This document shows, one piece after another, positions 17,303-29,013 of a DNA stretch of 64,000 nt (position 1 is the stretch's first letter; every line of letters begins with the position of its first letter). The translations under genes and the position numbers were made by a program. Below the pieces are notes generated by a model. That model did not search any database and was not told the origin of the DNA. It saw nothing but the letters and a program-made list of their open reading frames with translations. This stretch comes from Bacteroidales bacterium (GTDB taxonomy: Bacteria > Bacteroidota > Bacteroidia > Bacteroidales > FEN-979), in assembly GCA_049317265.1 (NCBI GenBank), contig JBMOIP010000007.1, positions 69,194 to 133,193 on the forward strand, written 5' to 3'.

Positions 17303-18681
17303 GAAGGAGTCTCCTCTGCGGATTTGTATTTTACAACCGCCTTCTTTTTCCAGTATCCCATGCGGTAGTAAGCATAATAGAGGATGACTCCCGACAGCCA
17401 TCCCACCGGGATCGACCACCAGATGCCGTGCACACCGATCGCCGGATTTTTCGCCAGCAGCCATGCCACCGGAATACGGATAATCCATAAGGAAAACAAG
17501 CTGATGAACATGGGAACAAGGGTATCCCCTGCTCCACGCAATACACCGTTAATGACGAACATCACTGAAAACAGGATATAAAAGGATCCGATGATCTTCA
17601 GATAATCGCTACCCATTTCAATTACCACCGCATCATCGGTAAACATTTTCATCAGGATTTTCCCGAATAAGACAGTCACCAGCGAGATGATCACCGAAAT
17701 CACACTGGTCATGATGAGCGTTGCGCGCAGTCCCGCTTTTACCCGGTCGGGGCGGTTGGCCCCCATATTCTGACCGACAAATGTAGAAAGCGCCACGGCA
17801 AAGCTCATGGCCGGCATTGCAGCAAAACTGTCAATTCTGCCCGCAGCGCTGTATGCAGCATTGGCATCCACACCGAATTGGTTGACAATCCAGTAGAGCG
17901 CGACCATCCCTGCCGCCACGAAAGTCTGCTGAAACCCGGTGGGAAGCCCGATCCTGATGCTTTTCATAAAGATATCCTGGTCAAAAGTCAGATTCCGGAA
18001 GGAGAACTTAACCACTTTATGATATTTATTCAGGTAAATGATCTGTGCTATAAACGCAGCGGCCTCCGAAATCACCGTGGCAATGGCTACTCCGGCCACG
18101 CCCCAATGAAGGACGGGAACAAAAATCAGGTCGAGGATAATATTCAGCCCGACGGAACCGATTAAAAAATAGAGGGGCGTTTTGGAATCTCCCAATCCAC
18201 GCAAAATCGCACTGGTACCGTTATAACCAAAAAGGAATATCAATCCCGAAAGAAAAATGTTCAGGAAGAGCGTTGCATCAGGAATAATCGCAGGATCGAG
18301 GTCAATAATCCTGAAGATAAACCCGCTCAGCAGGATGCCTCCCAGGCTTACAACTAATGAAGTAAAGAACATGAAAATATAAAGCGTATTGATCGCCTTC
18401 TTTACATTATCTAGCTGTTTGGCCCCGAAAAACTGGGATACCACGATGGTAAACCCCATGGTCACCCCGATAATGAAGGAAACAAGTAGAAATATGATGG
18501 GCCCGGAGGTTCCGACAGCTGCGAGCGCAGCTTTTCCAATGTACTTACCAACCACAACACTGTCAACAATGTTGTACATCTGCTGGAAGACATTGCCGAG
18601 TAGCATGGGGATCGCAAACTTCAGGATCAATCTGCCTTCGTTGCCATAACTGAGATCCTTCATGGGCGCAAAGGTAGCCAC
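17299..18681 (-). CDS. MATE-family multidrug/oligosaccharide efflux transporter
   Basis: ILKFAIPMLLGNVFQQMYNIVDSVVVGKYIGKAALAAVG is the MATE N-terminal signature, and the protein has 12 predicted TM helices. The start could instead be 18663. Confidence 0.88.
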   Translation of the reverse strand: MATFAPMKDLSYGNEGRLILKFAIPMLLGNVFQQMYNIVDSVVVGKYIGKAALAAVGTSGPIIFLLVSFIIGVTMGFTIVVSQFFGAKQLDNVKKAINTLYIFMFFTSLVVSLGGILLSGFIFRIIDLDPAIIPDATLFLNIFLSGLIFLFGYNGTSAILRGLGDSKTPLYFLIGSVGLNIILDLIFVPVLHWGVAGVAIATVISEAAAFIAQIIYLNKYHKVVKFSFRNLTFDQDIFMKSIRIGLPTGFQQTFVAAGMVALYWIVNQFGVDANAAYSAAGRIDSFAAMPAMSFAVALSTFVGQNMGANRPDRVKAGLRATLIMTSVISVIISLVTVLFGKILMKMFTDDAVVIEMGSDYLKIIGSFYILFSVMFVINGVLRGAGDTLVPMFISLFSLWIIRIPVAWLLAKNPAIGVHGIWWSIPVGWLSGVILYYAYYRMGYWKKKAVVKYKSAEETPS

Positions 18682-18698
18682 AATTCACGGATAATTCT

Positions 18699-18706
18699 TA
18701 CCTTTG
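18699..18706 (+). promoter_or_regulatory. -7 promoter box (TACCTTTG) for rnpB
   Basis: It ends 7 nt before the inferred 5' end of the RNase P RNA. Confidence 0.55.
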
Positions 18707-18713
18707 TGCCAAC

Positions 18714-19079
18714 AACAGTTCGTTCTGTCGCTTGTATCGGCGTTACATGTAACGTCGTTGCAAGAGGAAAGTCGGGACAACCTAGAGCATCATGCTTCCT
18801 AACGGGAAGGATCACGGGATATAAAGGCCCGGGAGACAGAAAGTGCCACAGAAAATGACTACCCGGTTCATCCCGGGAAAAGGTGAAAACGCGGTGTAAG
18901 AGACCACGGTCCTTCCGGGTGACCGGCAGGAGGGGTAAACCTCATGAGTTGAAAGACCAAGTATACCGGCTGTCAAGGGTTGCTCGCCCGATGCCGGAGG
19001 GTAGGTCGCTAAAGTCTGCCGGTGACGGTAAACTCAGATAAATGACAGAATTCAACAAAATCCTGCTTACAGAACTGTT
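18714..19079 (+). ncRNA. rnpB: RNase P RNA, bacterial type A
   Basis: The conserved blocks are AGAGGAAAGTCGGGAC, AGTGCCACAGAAAA, GGTGAAAACGCGGTGTAAGAGACCACGG, GGTAAACCTCA and ACAGAAT...CTGCTTAC. The P1 stem pairs AACAGTTC (5') with GAACTGTT (3'). The ends are accurate to roughly +/-5 nt. Confidence 0.9.
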
Positions 19080-19100
19080 GTTATTTTTTAATACTGCATT

Positions 19101-20156
19101 ATGAAGATTGTCACCATCGTTGGCGCACGGCCACAGTTCATCAAAGCCGCTACCGTTTCCAGGGTCATCAGGGCAAATCCTGCCATCCATGAGATCCTGG
19201 TGCATACAGGCCAGCACTATGATGAGAACATGTCCGATGTCTTTTTCAGGGAGCTTAACATTCCCCTCCCCGATTACAACCTTGAAGTTGGCTCCGGGAG
19301 CCATGGAAGGCAGACAGGGATGATGCTCCAGGCGATCGAGGATGTTTTGGTGAAGGAGAAACCAGATTGCACCCTGGTTTACGGAGATACCAACTCCACA
19401 TTGGCAGGAGCGCTAGCCGCCACAAAACTGCACATTCCGCTGGCGCATGTTGAAGCCGGGCTGCGAAGCTTTAACCGTGCCATGCCCGAAGAGATCAACC
19501 GAATTGTTACCGACCGGATTTCAGACATGCTCTTCGCCCCCACGAAGACTGCCATAGAGAACCTCCGTCACGAGGGTCTTGCCGATATCACCAGCTTTAC
19601 GGGTGATGTGATGTACGACTCTGTGTTATACTATAAAAAAAGGATCCTGGCTGATCCGGAAAAGTATAAAACCCCCGGTATTCCTGACGAATACCTCCTT
19701 GCAACGATCCATCGTGCCGAAAATACCGACAACCCAGAGAAACTCAATGATATTTTCCGTGCCTTTTCCAGGCTGAATCATCAGATTCTGCTGCCCATCC
19801 ATCCCAGGACCCGTAAGATACTGCAGGCATCTGTAGCCCTGCCGGGAAATGTAATCATCATCGACCCGGTGGGATACCTCGAGATGATGAAACTCACCAT
19901 GGATGCCACCAGGGTGCTGACCGATTCCGGCGGCTTGCAAAAGGAAGCCTACTTCATGCAAAAACAGTGTATTACCTTGCGCACTGAAACTGAATGGGTT
20001 GAAACCCTTCATGATCGCTGGAATATAATCACCGGCAGCAACCCTGAAATGATTGAGAGGGCTGCTGCATCAGCACTTCCGGAAGCGCCCCAGGAGAATG
20101 CTTTTGGATTGGGTAATTCGGCTGACGTAATCCTTGAAAAGCTGCTCCTTTTTTAA
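19101..20156 (+). CDS. wecB: UDP-N-acetylglucosamine 2-epimerase (non-hydrolysing)
   Basis: MKIVTIVGARPQFIKAATVSRVI, VHTGQHYD, GDTNSTLAGALAA and HVEAGLRSFN match WecB. Confidence 0.92.
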   Translation: MKIVTIVGARPQFIKAATVSRVIRANPAIHEILVHTGQHYDENMSDVFFRELNIPLPDYNLEVGSGSHGRQTGMMLQAIEDVLVKEKPDCTLVYGDTNSTLAGALAATKLHIPLAHVEAGLRSFNRAMPEEINRIVTDRISDMLFAPTKTAIENLRHEGLADITSFTGDVMYDSVLYYKKRILADPEKYKTPGIPDEYLLATIHRAENTDNPEKLNDIFRAFSRLNHQILLPIHPRTRKILQASVALPGNVIIIDPVGYLEMMKLTMDATRVLTDSGGLQKEAYFMQKQCITLRTETEWVETLHDRWNIITGSNPEMIERAAASALPEAPQENAFGLGNSADVILEKLLLF

Positions 20157-20224
20157 CCTCCGATTGTTAATAAAATCCTTGATTTTACTATTCAATACCT
20201 GCCTTCCGGTAACGGAAAAATTTG

Positions 20225-20232
20225 TACCTTTG
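20225..20232 (+). promoter_or_regulatory. -7 promoter box (TACCTTTG) for gyrB
   Basis: It lies 32 nt upstream of ATG 20265. Confidence 0.5.
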
Positions 20233-20240
20233 CTTTATAG

Positions 20241-22223
<1,983 letters not shown>

Positions 22224-22246
22224 CAGTTGATCAAAACATATTCAGC

Positions 22247-23605
22247 ATGACCCGGAAAAAGTACATTTACCTGATCGCCTCAGTACTACTCCTGGCGATT
22301 ATCGCTTATTTCATCTTTGGAAAGGATAAACAGGGTCAGCAGATCACTGCAACGGTCAAAAAGGGTAGTTTCCCCATTGAAGTTACCACTACAGGTGAAC
22401 TCATTGCTAAAAGCTCTGATAAAATCAACGGGCCTGCAGCGCTTGGACAACTTTTCCGGATATGGAATGTGAAAATTCAGGATATTATCCCTGATGGTAC
22501 GGTGGTGGACTCAGGGCAGTATGTCGCCCAACTTGACCCCTCTGAAACCACCAATAAAATCAAGGATGAAGAGCTGAACCAGGAGAAACTGGAAACTTCG
22601 CTTACCAAAACCCGACTCGATACCTCCCTTGAGTTACGCGCCCTGCGCGACGATCTTATCAACCTCAAATTTTCACTGGAAGAGAAAAAAATCACCCTCG
22701 AACAGTCTAAATATGAACCGCCAGCCACTATCAGGCAGGTCGAAATGGAACTCGAAAAATCACAGCGCACCCTCGAACAAACTGAGAAAAATTACAAACT
22801 ACGCTTTCAGAAAGCGGTCGCAACCATGCAGGAGGTTACCACCTCATACAACCAGGGACAACGCAAACTGGAACAGATGCACGACGTGCTGAAACAGATG
22901 ACCATTCATGCCCCAAAAGCCGGGATGGTCATTTATAAACGCAACTACGACGGCAGCAAGATGGGGGTCAATGCCATGATGAATACATGGGACAACATTG
23001 TAGCCGAACTCCCCGACCTGTCCGAGATGATATCCAAAACCTATATCAACGAAATTGACATCAGTAAAGTTAAGGTAGGACAGAAAGTGCAAATCGGCAT
23101 CGATGCTTTCCCTGAAAAGAAATTCACCGGAACGGTTACCGAAGTCGCAAACATTGGGGAGCAGCAACAGAACTCAAATGCAAAAGTTTACGAGGTGAAA
23201 ATCGTTTTGAAAGAGGTTGATTCAATACTGAGACCTGCCATGACAACAAAGAACAAAATCCTTACAAATGTTGTCGAAAATGTCCTGTTCATCCCGATAG
23301 AATCGATCTTCAACAACGATTCCGTAACCTTTGTCTATAAAAAGGATGGCAACTCGGTGACCCGCCAGCAGGTGATTGTCGGCCAGTCCAATGAAAATGA
23401 AATCATTATCAAAGCAGGTCTCCAGGCAGATGATATCGTTTTACTTGTCCCGCCCGAAAAAGCCGAAAAATTAAGTCTCGAAACACTTCCCAAAGATGTC
23501 ATTGAAAAGTACAAGGAAAAACCACTCCCTGTGAAAGATACGAAGTCTGCCGTCAAAGACCAGGGAAAACTCCGGGATCCACCGCCTCCCATGCTGAAAA
23601 AATAG
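22247..23605 (+). CDS. Efflux periplasmic adaptor subunit (HlyD/MacA-like membrane fusion protein)
   Basis: It has an N-terminal TM anchor, long coiled-coil segments (LETSLTKTRLD...LEQSKYE...) and beta-barrel/lipoyl-like flanks (VKVGQKVQIGIDAFPEKKFTGTVTEV). Confidence 0.8.
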   Translation: MTRKKYIYLIASVLLLAIIAYFIFGKDKQGQQITATVKKGSFPIEVTTTGELIAKSSDKINGPAALGQLFRIWNVKIQDIIPDGTVVDSGQYVAQLDPSETTNKIKDEELNQEKLETSLTKTRLDTSLELRALRDDLINLKFSLEEKKITLEQSKYEPPATIRQVEMELEKSQRTLEQTEKNYKLRFQKAVATMQEVTTSYNQGQRKLEQMHDVLKQMTIHAPKAGMVIYKRNYDGSKMGVNAMMNTWDNIVAELPDLSEMISKTYINEIDISKVKVGQKVQIGIDAFPEKKFTGTVTEVANIGEQQQNSNAKVYEVKIVLKEVDSILRPAMTTKNKILTNVVENVLFIPIESIFNNDSVTFVYKKDGNSVTRQQVIVGQSNENEIIIKAGLQADDIVLLVPPEKAEKLSLETLPKDVIEKYKEKPLPVKDTKSAVKDQGKLRDPPPPMLKK

Positions 23606-23657
23606 CGGTTCAGGCATCAATCGTTAATTCCAACTCATAAAATCGAAAATTCCCGGT

Positions 23658-25037
23658 ATGCTTGAACGTTATAAATATATCTTCAACATCGCGCTGGAAG
23701 CTGTTTTTTTGAATAAATTCCGATCTATTCTGACAGCCCTGGGCATTATATTCGGTGTGGCGGCAGTGATCACCATGATGGCCATCGGCAATGGAGCAAA
23801 AAAGGTGATCCTCGATCAGATGAAACTGGTAGGGGTCAACAACATCCTGATTGCCCCAAAACCTGAAAAACAAAATGGCGCCTCCTCCAAGTCAGGTGAT
23901 GAAAATGCTCAATCCACCCAACAGTCTGATAACAGTGAAAAAGGTAAATACTCACCGGGGTTGAATCTGGCAGATGCCATTGCCATCAAAACCATCATCC
24001 CGACCGTTTCCAAGGTAAGCCCTGAAGTCATCTATGAAACTGATATCGTGAAGGATGGGGTTAAAATATTTGCCAAAGCCGCAGGTGTCACACCCGATTT
24101 TTTCCATGTTTTTGCCTTGGAACTGCAAGAAGGCCAAATGTTCAATGAAGAACAACTCAAAGACGGAAAATCTGTCTGCATCATCGGGCCGATCATTAAG
24201 TCGAAATTTTTTCCAACTGAAAATGCGGTCGGGAAAGATATCAAATGCGGACAGATCTGGCTGAAGATCATCGGAGTGTTAAAAAAGAGGGAAATCAGCC
24301 AGGCCAGCATTGATAAACTCGGGGTGTCAGACTATAACAACACGATCTACACCCCTATCCAAACGATTCTCCGGCGATACAAAGACCGGTCAGTGATTAC
24401 AGCCGCCTCCCTTCATGGAAGTCAATCCCAGATCGATGAAAATTCCTTCATGGTCACTGAGTCATCTGGCCAGGATGGGAATAGCGGTAACCAGATCGAC
24501 AAGATCGTGGTGCAGGTAAAGGAGAGCAGCCAGATAACTCCAACCGTCGAAATCCTTAAAAAAATGATGCTCCGGCGCCATGCTGGCATGGACGACGTGG
24601 ACATCATTGTGCCGGAACTGCTTTTAAAACAGGAACAACGGGCCAAGGATGTCTTTAACATCGTGCTTGGCGCCATCGCAAGCATCTCCTTGCTGGTTGG
24701 CGGAATAGGCATTATGAACATCATGCTTGCCTCTGTGATGGAACGTATCAAGGAGATCGGGATACGCCAGGCCATTGGAGCTACCAAGCGCGACATCGTT
24801 CTTCAGTTTTTGATGGAAGCCACCCTGCTCAGCCTGACCGGAGGTTTGATCGGGATCATCCTGGGTCTTGTGCTTTCCAGGATCATCTCATCGGTCACGG
24901 ATATTGTTACCATAGTCTCCCCGTTGTCAGTTTTGGTCTCTTTTGGCGTTTCTGCTTCGGTTGGGATTATTTTCGGCTACATGCCTTCGCAACGTGCAGC
25001 CCGCCAGGATCCCGTTGAATCGCTCCGTCATGAATAG
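23658..25037 (+). CDS. MacB/FtsX-type ABC transporter permease (no fused ATPase)
   Basis: FRSILTALGIIFGVAAVITMMAIGNGA forms TM1. A large periplasmic domain and a C-terminal FtsX block (GIGIMNIMLASVMERIKEIGIRQAIGATKRDI) follow. Two low-complexity inserts are present. Confidence 0.85.
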   Translation: MLERYKYIFNIALEAVFLNKFRSILTALGIIFGVAAVITMMAIGNGAKKVILDQMKLVGVNNILIAPKPEKQNGASSKSGDENAQSTQQSDNSEKGKYSPGLNLADAIAIKTIIPTVSKVSPEVIYETDIVKDGVKIFAKAAGVTPDFFHVFALELQEGQMFNEEQLKDGKSVCIIGPIIKSKFFPTENAVGKDIKCGQIWLKIIGVLKKREISQASIDKLGVSDYNNTIYTPIQTILRRYKDRSVITAASLHGSQSQIDENSFMVTESSGQDGNSGNQIDKIVVQVKESSQITPTVEILKKMMLRRHAGMDDVDIIVPELLLKQEQRAKDVFNIVLGAIASISLLVGGIGIMNIMLASVMERIKEIGIRQAIGATKRDIVLQFLMEATLLSLTGGLIGIILGLVLSRIISSVTDIVTIVSPLSVLVSFGVSASVGIIFGYMPSQRAARQDPVESLRHE

Positions 25038-26535
25038 TCAACAATTAAGAATGATGAAACAGTTTGTCATTATACTTCTCACCATGTTTTTCGGCTGCAC
25101 GATCCTTGCCTCCGGCCAGGGAAATGTACGCCACTTAACACTCAACGAGGCCATCGAAATTGCCAAAGCCAACTCGCCTGATGCGTTGAATACAAAGCAG
25201 AAATTCAGGACAAGCTACTGGGAATTCAGGTCCTTTCGGGCATCCAACCTTCCAGCCCTCGGACTCACCTCAAACCTTCCCAATCTGAAGCAGGGTTTCT
25301 CAACCTACCAGGACAGCACCGGAAAAATATCGTATGTCCGCTCACAATACTTCAGCTCGAACATGGCATTGGGACTCACCCAGCAAATAGGGATCACCGG
25401 TGGTACCATCTCGCTCAACTCCTCTCTGGAAGGTACCTGGAACCAGGCCGGAGATAACCCCTACCCTTTTTTAAGTGTGCCGGTGAATGTTGTTTTTAAT
25501 CAACCCCTCTTTACATATAACAGTTTCAGGTGGGACAGGAAAATCCAGCCCTTGAAGTACTCACAGGCAAAAAGAAGATACCTTGAAGAGGTGGAAGATA
25601 TCTCACTGAACACCATTAACCACTTCTTCACACTCCTGCAGGCGCAGGTGGAGCAGAAGATTGCGTTGGTTAATCTTTCCAACTACGACACCATGTACCG
25701 GATCGCCAAAGGCAGGTTTCAACTTGGGAAGATCGCTGAAAACGACCTGCTGCAAATGGAACTCAACTTTCTCAAAGAACAGGCCGCTGTCGAAAATGCC
25801 AACCTGAATCTTGAAAATGCACAGTTCCGCCTTAAATCTTATCTTCGGCTTCAGGATACAGCCCGGATACGGCTTGTCGCCCCAGCCGAAATTGGCTTTT
25901 TCAGCATCGATCCTGCCACATCCGTAAACCTTGCAGTAGAATACTCTTCCACATCGCTTGATTATAAAAGGAGATTACTGGAAGCTGCACGCCAGGTAAA
26001 TATCGCCAAAATGGACAAACGTTTTGATGCGAATGTGCATGTTGAAGTGGGGCTTACGAAATCGGGGACCACCATCCCTGATTCCTATATTAAACCACTC
26101 GACAACCGAATGCTTTCAGTTGACCTGACCATACCCATCCTCGACTGGGGAGTGTCGCATGGGAAAATTAAGATGGCCCAGTCGGAAGATGAAGTTGTGA
26201 AAAACTCAGTTGAACAGGAGAGCATCGATTTCAAACAAACGGTATACCTCAAAGCGGTACAGTTCAACATGCAGAAAAACCAGGTGCGGATTGCGGCAAA
26301 ATCGGATACCGTAGCAAGAAAAAGCTTTGAGGTCATCAAAGGCCGCTACCTGATCGGAAAAATCAACAGCATTCTTGACCTGAACAGCGCCCAAATTGCC
26401 ACAGATAACGCTGAAAAATCTTATTATGGCGCCCTCCAGACTTACTGGCAGAATTACTACGAAATCCGCAAGCTCACCCTCTTTGATTTCAGGGCCAATA
26501 AACCCATCGAATTCGACTTTAAAGACATTAAATAA
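25030..26535 (+). CDS. TolC-family outer membrane efflux protein
   Basis: It has the signal peptide MMKQFVIILLTMFFGCTILASG, LTLNEAIEIAKANSPD, and two coiled repeats typical of OEP/TolC. The start is ATG 25030 (8-nt overlap with the permease) or ATG 25051. Confidence 0.85.
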   Translation: MNSQQLRMMKQFVIILLTMFFGCTILASGQGNVRHLTLNEAIEIAKANSPDALNTKQKFRTSYWEFRSFRASNLPALGLTSNLPNLKQGFSTYQDSTGKISYVRSQYFSSNMALGLTQQIGITGGTISLNSSLEGTWNQAGDNPYPFLSVPVNVVFNQPLFTYNSFRWDRKIQPLKYSQAKRRYLEEVEDISLNTINHFFTLLQAQVEQKIALVNLSNYDTMYRIAKGRFQLGKIAENDLLQMELNFLKEQAAVENANLNLENAQFRLKSYLRLQDTARIRLVAPAEIGFFSIDPATSVNLAVEYSSTSLDYKRRLLEAARQVNIAKMDKRFDANVHVEVGLTKSGTTIPDSYIKPLDNRMLSVDLTIPILDWGVSHGKIKMAQSEDEVVKNSVEQESIDFKQTVYLKAVQFNMQKNQVRIAAKSDTVARKSFEVIKGRYLIGKINSILDLNSAQIATDNAEKSYYGALQTYWQNYYEIRKLTLFDFRANKPIEFDFKDIK

Positions 26536-26819
26536 TTTTATTGAAGGCGATTATACCCATATCAATTGCCCCGGCCTTCTGGCCGAGGATGATGGCAAAG
26601 TATTGACATAATGGGCTTTAGCCCAAAATAGAGAGCCAGGATTTCGGGAATTAATTGTTTATTTCGGGCTTAAGGCCGAGACAATTGATAATAGTGCTTA
26701 TTCAATTATGTATCAAACGCATAATATTCAGCCCATAATTTATCGGGACAATTGAGCTTAATCAAAATAAATAATCAATAACTATCCCCCTGCAATCTAT
26801 ACTCCTTCTAAATAATCAC

Positions 26820-26827
26820 TATCTTTG
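26820..26827 (+). promoter_or_regulatory. -7 promoter box (TATCTTTG) for the peroxiredoxin gene
   Basis: It lies 35 nt upstream of ATG 26863. Confidence 0.5.
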
Positions 26828-26862
26828 CAAAAAAAAAACAATTAACCTTAAACATCATAATT

Positions 26863-27495
26863 ATGGCAGTATTAGTTGGAAAAAAGGCTCCTCTTTTTGA
26901 AGCAGAAGCCGTTATCAATGGCGGTGAATTTGTCGACAAATTCTCGCTTGCACAGTACATCGGCAAGAAGCATGTAGTCTTCTTCTTTTACCCCCTGGAT
27001 TTTACCTTTGTTTGCCCTACCGAAATCATTGCATTCCAGGACAAACTGGCTGAATTCGAGGCAAGAAATGTGGCAGTTGTAGGATGTTCCGTCGATTCAA
27101 AATTTTCTCACTGGGCATGGTTGAACACCGAACTTAAAAATGGCGGAATCAAAGGCGTGAAATTCCCCATCGTTTCTGACCTCTCCAAGACCATCTCCGC
27201 AAACTTTGATGTTCTCGCCGGAGAATATGTTTACACCGAAGACGGCATCATGGAGTTCGAAGGCGGTCCAGTTGCTTTCCGCGGACTTTTCCTCATTGAC
27301 AAGCAAGGCATTGTCCGCCACCAGGTGGTAAATGATCTTCCCCTTGGCAGAAGTGTTGAAGAAGCCCTCAGGATGGTAGATGCACTGCAGTTTTTCGAAG
27401 AAAACGGTGAAGTTTGCCCTGCGAATTGGCATAAAGGTGATGCCGGTATGAAAGCTACCGCCGAAGGCGTAGCTGATTACCTCAGCAAGCACTAA
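26863..27495 (+). CDS. Typical 2-Cys peroxiredoxin (AhpC/Prx1 subfamily)
   Basis: The peroxidatic motif FFFYPLDFTFVCPTEI is present, and the resolving Cys lies in EVCPANW. Confidence 0.93.
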   Translation: MAVLVGKKAPLFEAEAVINGGEFVDKFSLAQYIGKKHVVFFFYPLDFTFVCPTEIIAFQDKLAEFEARNVAVVGCSVDSKFSHWAWLNTELKNGGIKGVKFPIVSDLSKTISANFDVLAGEYVYTEDGIMEFEGGPVAFRGLFLIDKQGIVRHQVVNDLPLGRSVEEALRMVDALQFFEENGEVCPANWHKGDAGMKATAEGVADYLSKH

Positions 27496-27514
27496 AAATT
27501 GCAATTTACCTTGT

Positions 27515-27566
27515 AAGAGGTTGCCCGTGATCAGTTTTGATGCACAGGCAACCTCTTATTTTTTAT
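27515..27566 (+). terminator. Intrinsic terminator after the peroxiredoxin gene, abutting the stop of the convergent GT39 gene
   Basis: An 11-bp stem AAGAGGTTGCC / GGCAACCTCTT is followed by ATTTTTTAT. Confidence 0.75.
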
Positions 27567-29013
27567 ATTCGTGGACATTGAAATTCTGGTAAAATGAGGT
27601 GGTTCGCTCGTGCCGGAATTTCCTGTTCAGATAATTGATCGTCGTTTGCCCCGGATCGGTCAGGGAGAGCCACTCTTCAAATAAAAGCACCCTGTCGGAT
27701 TCACCCAGCTTGTTGGTATCCAAATCTTTAAGTTTATTTGCCGGAAAAACTGACTCCTTGTTCAATAATAGAGGCAGGTTCTGGTAATCTTTGAACATCC
27801 GCTGGTTGTGATGATAAGCAAACCCCAGCGAAAGCCAGGAAGGAGAGACAATGACACTCGTCCCGGGCCCTTGGTTTGCAGAGATATACGAAACCGCCTC
27901 TTTCAATCTCCTTTTATTATACACCTTTGGATGAAAGGTCACTGCCATGATCGCCAGGAAAACAGCCATCACGATGATCAGCGGTTTTACTTGCCGGACC
28001 ATTGATGACAATGCAATGGCGACCAGCAGGTAGAATCCCACTGAAATAAAGACTGTATACCTGTCGAGGAACATCGGGATGCGATAGGAAACCAGGAACA
28101 TCAGCAGGTAAGGCACTGTAAACCAGACAATCACTGCAATATTCGCCGGGGAAGCATGCACCGTTCCTTTCACTCGTCGTAAAACATATATGACAGCGGC
28201 TCCGGCTAAAATGCACAACACCATCACGGTTACAACCGGGGCATTCAGGTATCTCCAAACCATGGTGTAGAGGTCGGAAATAACCGGTGGCTGAACCCAG
28301 GTTCCCTGCCCAGCTGATTGAAAAAAACGTGAGAACAGTATCGGGAAATAGGGAATATAGGCAATCAGGCTAAGCGCTGCAGCTCCCGCGAACCACTTCA
28401 GGGTGGTTCTCCGGTACTCCCCTATAAAAAACGATGATAATCCCTGGATCAGGAAAATAAAAAACCCAAAAAAATGGGCGTATATCAACAGAACATTAAC
28501 CAGTGAAAGCAGGAGCATATACTTCCACCTCCCCTTCCCGGATGACAGGGAGAGAAACAAGTACATGGAGGTCACGGTTAACAAACCGAACAGCGCATAA
28601 ACCCGGGCTTCATGGGCAAAAAGCTGGTGGTAGTCAGACAAGGTAAAGATGGCTGCTGCAAAAAAACCAACCTGTCTTGAAAAGAATGTTTTCCCGGTTT
28701 TATAAAGCATCACAGCTGTCAGGATGCTGAAAATACAAGACAGGAACCTGATTGCAAAAGGTGAAATCCCGAACACCATGACCCAAAAATGCATCAACAG
28801 GAAATACAACGGGGGGTTGTTCTCTGTGGGAAAGATGCCAAACAAGGTATGAAGGTCAGCCTGGGCGTTAAACACCGTAAAAGGCTCATCCATGGCCACA
28901 TCATTCGATTCCAGGAAGAGGAAACGGATCACGGTTATGGCCAGTAGTCCAACCCATGGAAACCAGGCATGAAAGGACTCAATCGTTACTTTTTGCTTCA
29001 TTCCAGAATACAT
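27556..29013 (-). CDS. ArnT/PMT-like (GT39-type) polytopic glycosyltransferase
   Basis: It has about 11 TM helices followed by a soluble C-terminal domain. The DEPF loop after TM1 fits the GT-C family. The track start at 29025 is a TTG; ATG candidates are 29013 and 29001. Confidence 0.6.
   Translation of the reverse strand: MYSGMKQKVTIESFHAWFPWVGLLAITVIRFLFLESNDVAMDEPFTVFNAQADLHTLFGIFPTENNPPLYFLLMHFWVMVFGISPFAIRFLSCIFSILTAVMLYKTGKTFFSRQVGFFAAAIFTLSDYHQLFAHEARVYALFGLLTVTSMYLFLSLSSGKGRWKYMLLLSLVNVLLIYAHFFGFFIFLIQGLSSFFIGEYRRTTLKWFAGAAALSLIAYIPYFPILFSRFFQSAGQGTWVQPPVISDLYTMVWRYLNAPVVTVMVLCILAGAAVIYVLRRVKGTVHASPANIAVIVWFTVPYLLMFLVSYRIPMFLDRYTVFISVGFYLLVAIALSSMVRQVKPLIIVMAVFLAIMAVTFHPKVYNKRRLKEAVSYISANQGPGTSVIVSPSWLSLGFAYHHNQRMFKDYQNLPLLLNKESVFPANKLKDLDTNKLGESDRVLLFEEWLSLTDPGQTTINYLNRKFRHERTTSFYQNFNVHEYKK

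Noticed and set aside
20204-20217. A small hairpin (TTCCG-gtaa-CGGAA) after wecB as a terminator
   Set aside because: It has only a 5-bp stem and is followed by an A-run rather than a T-run.
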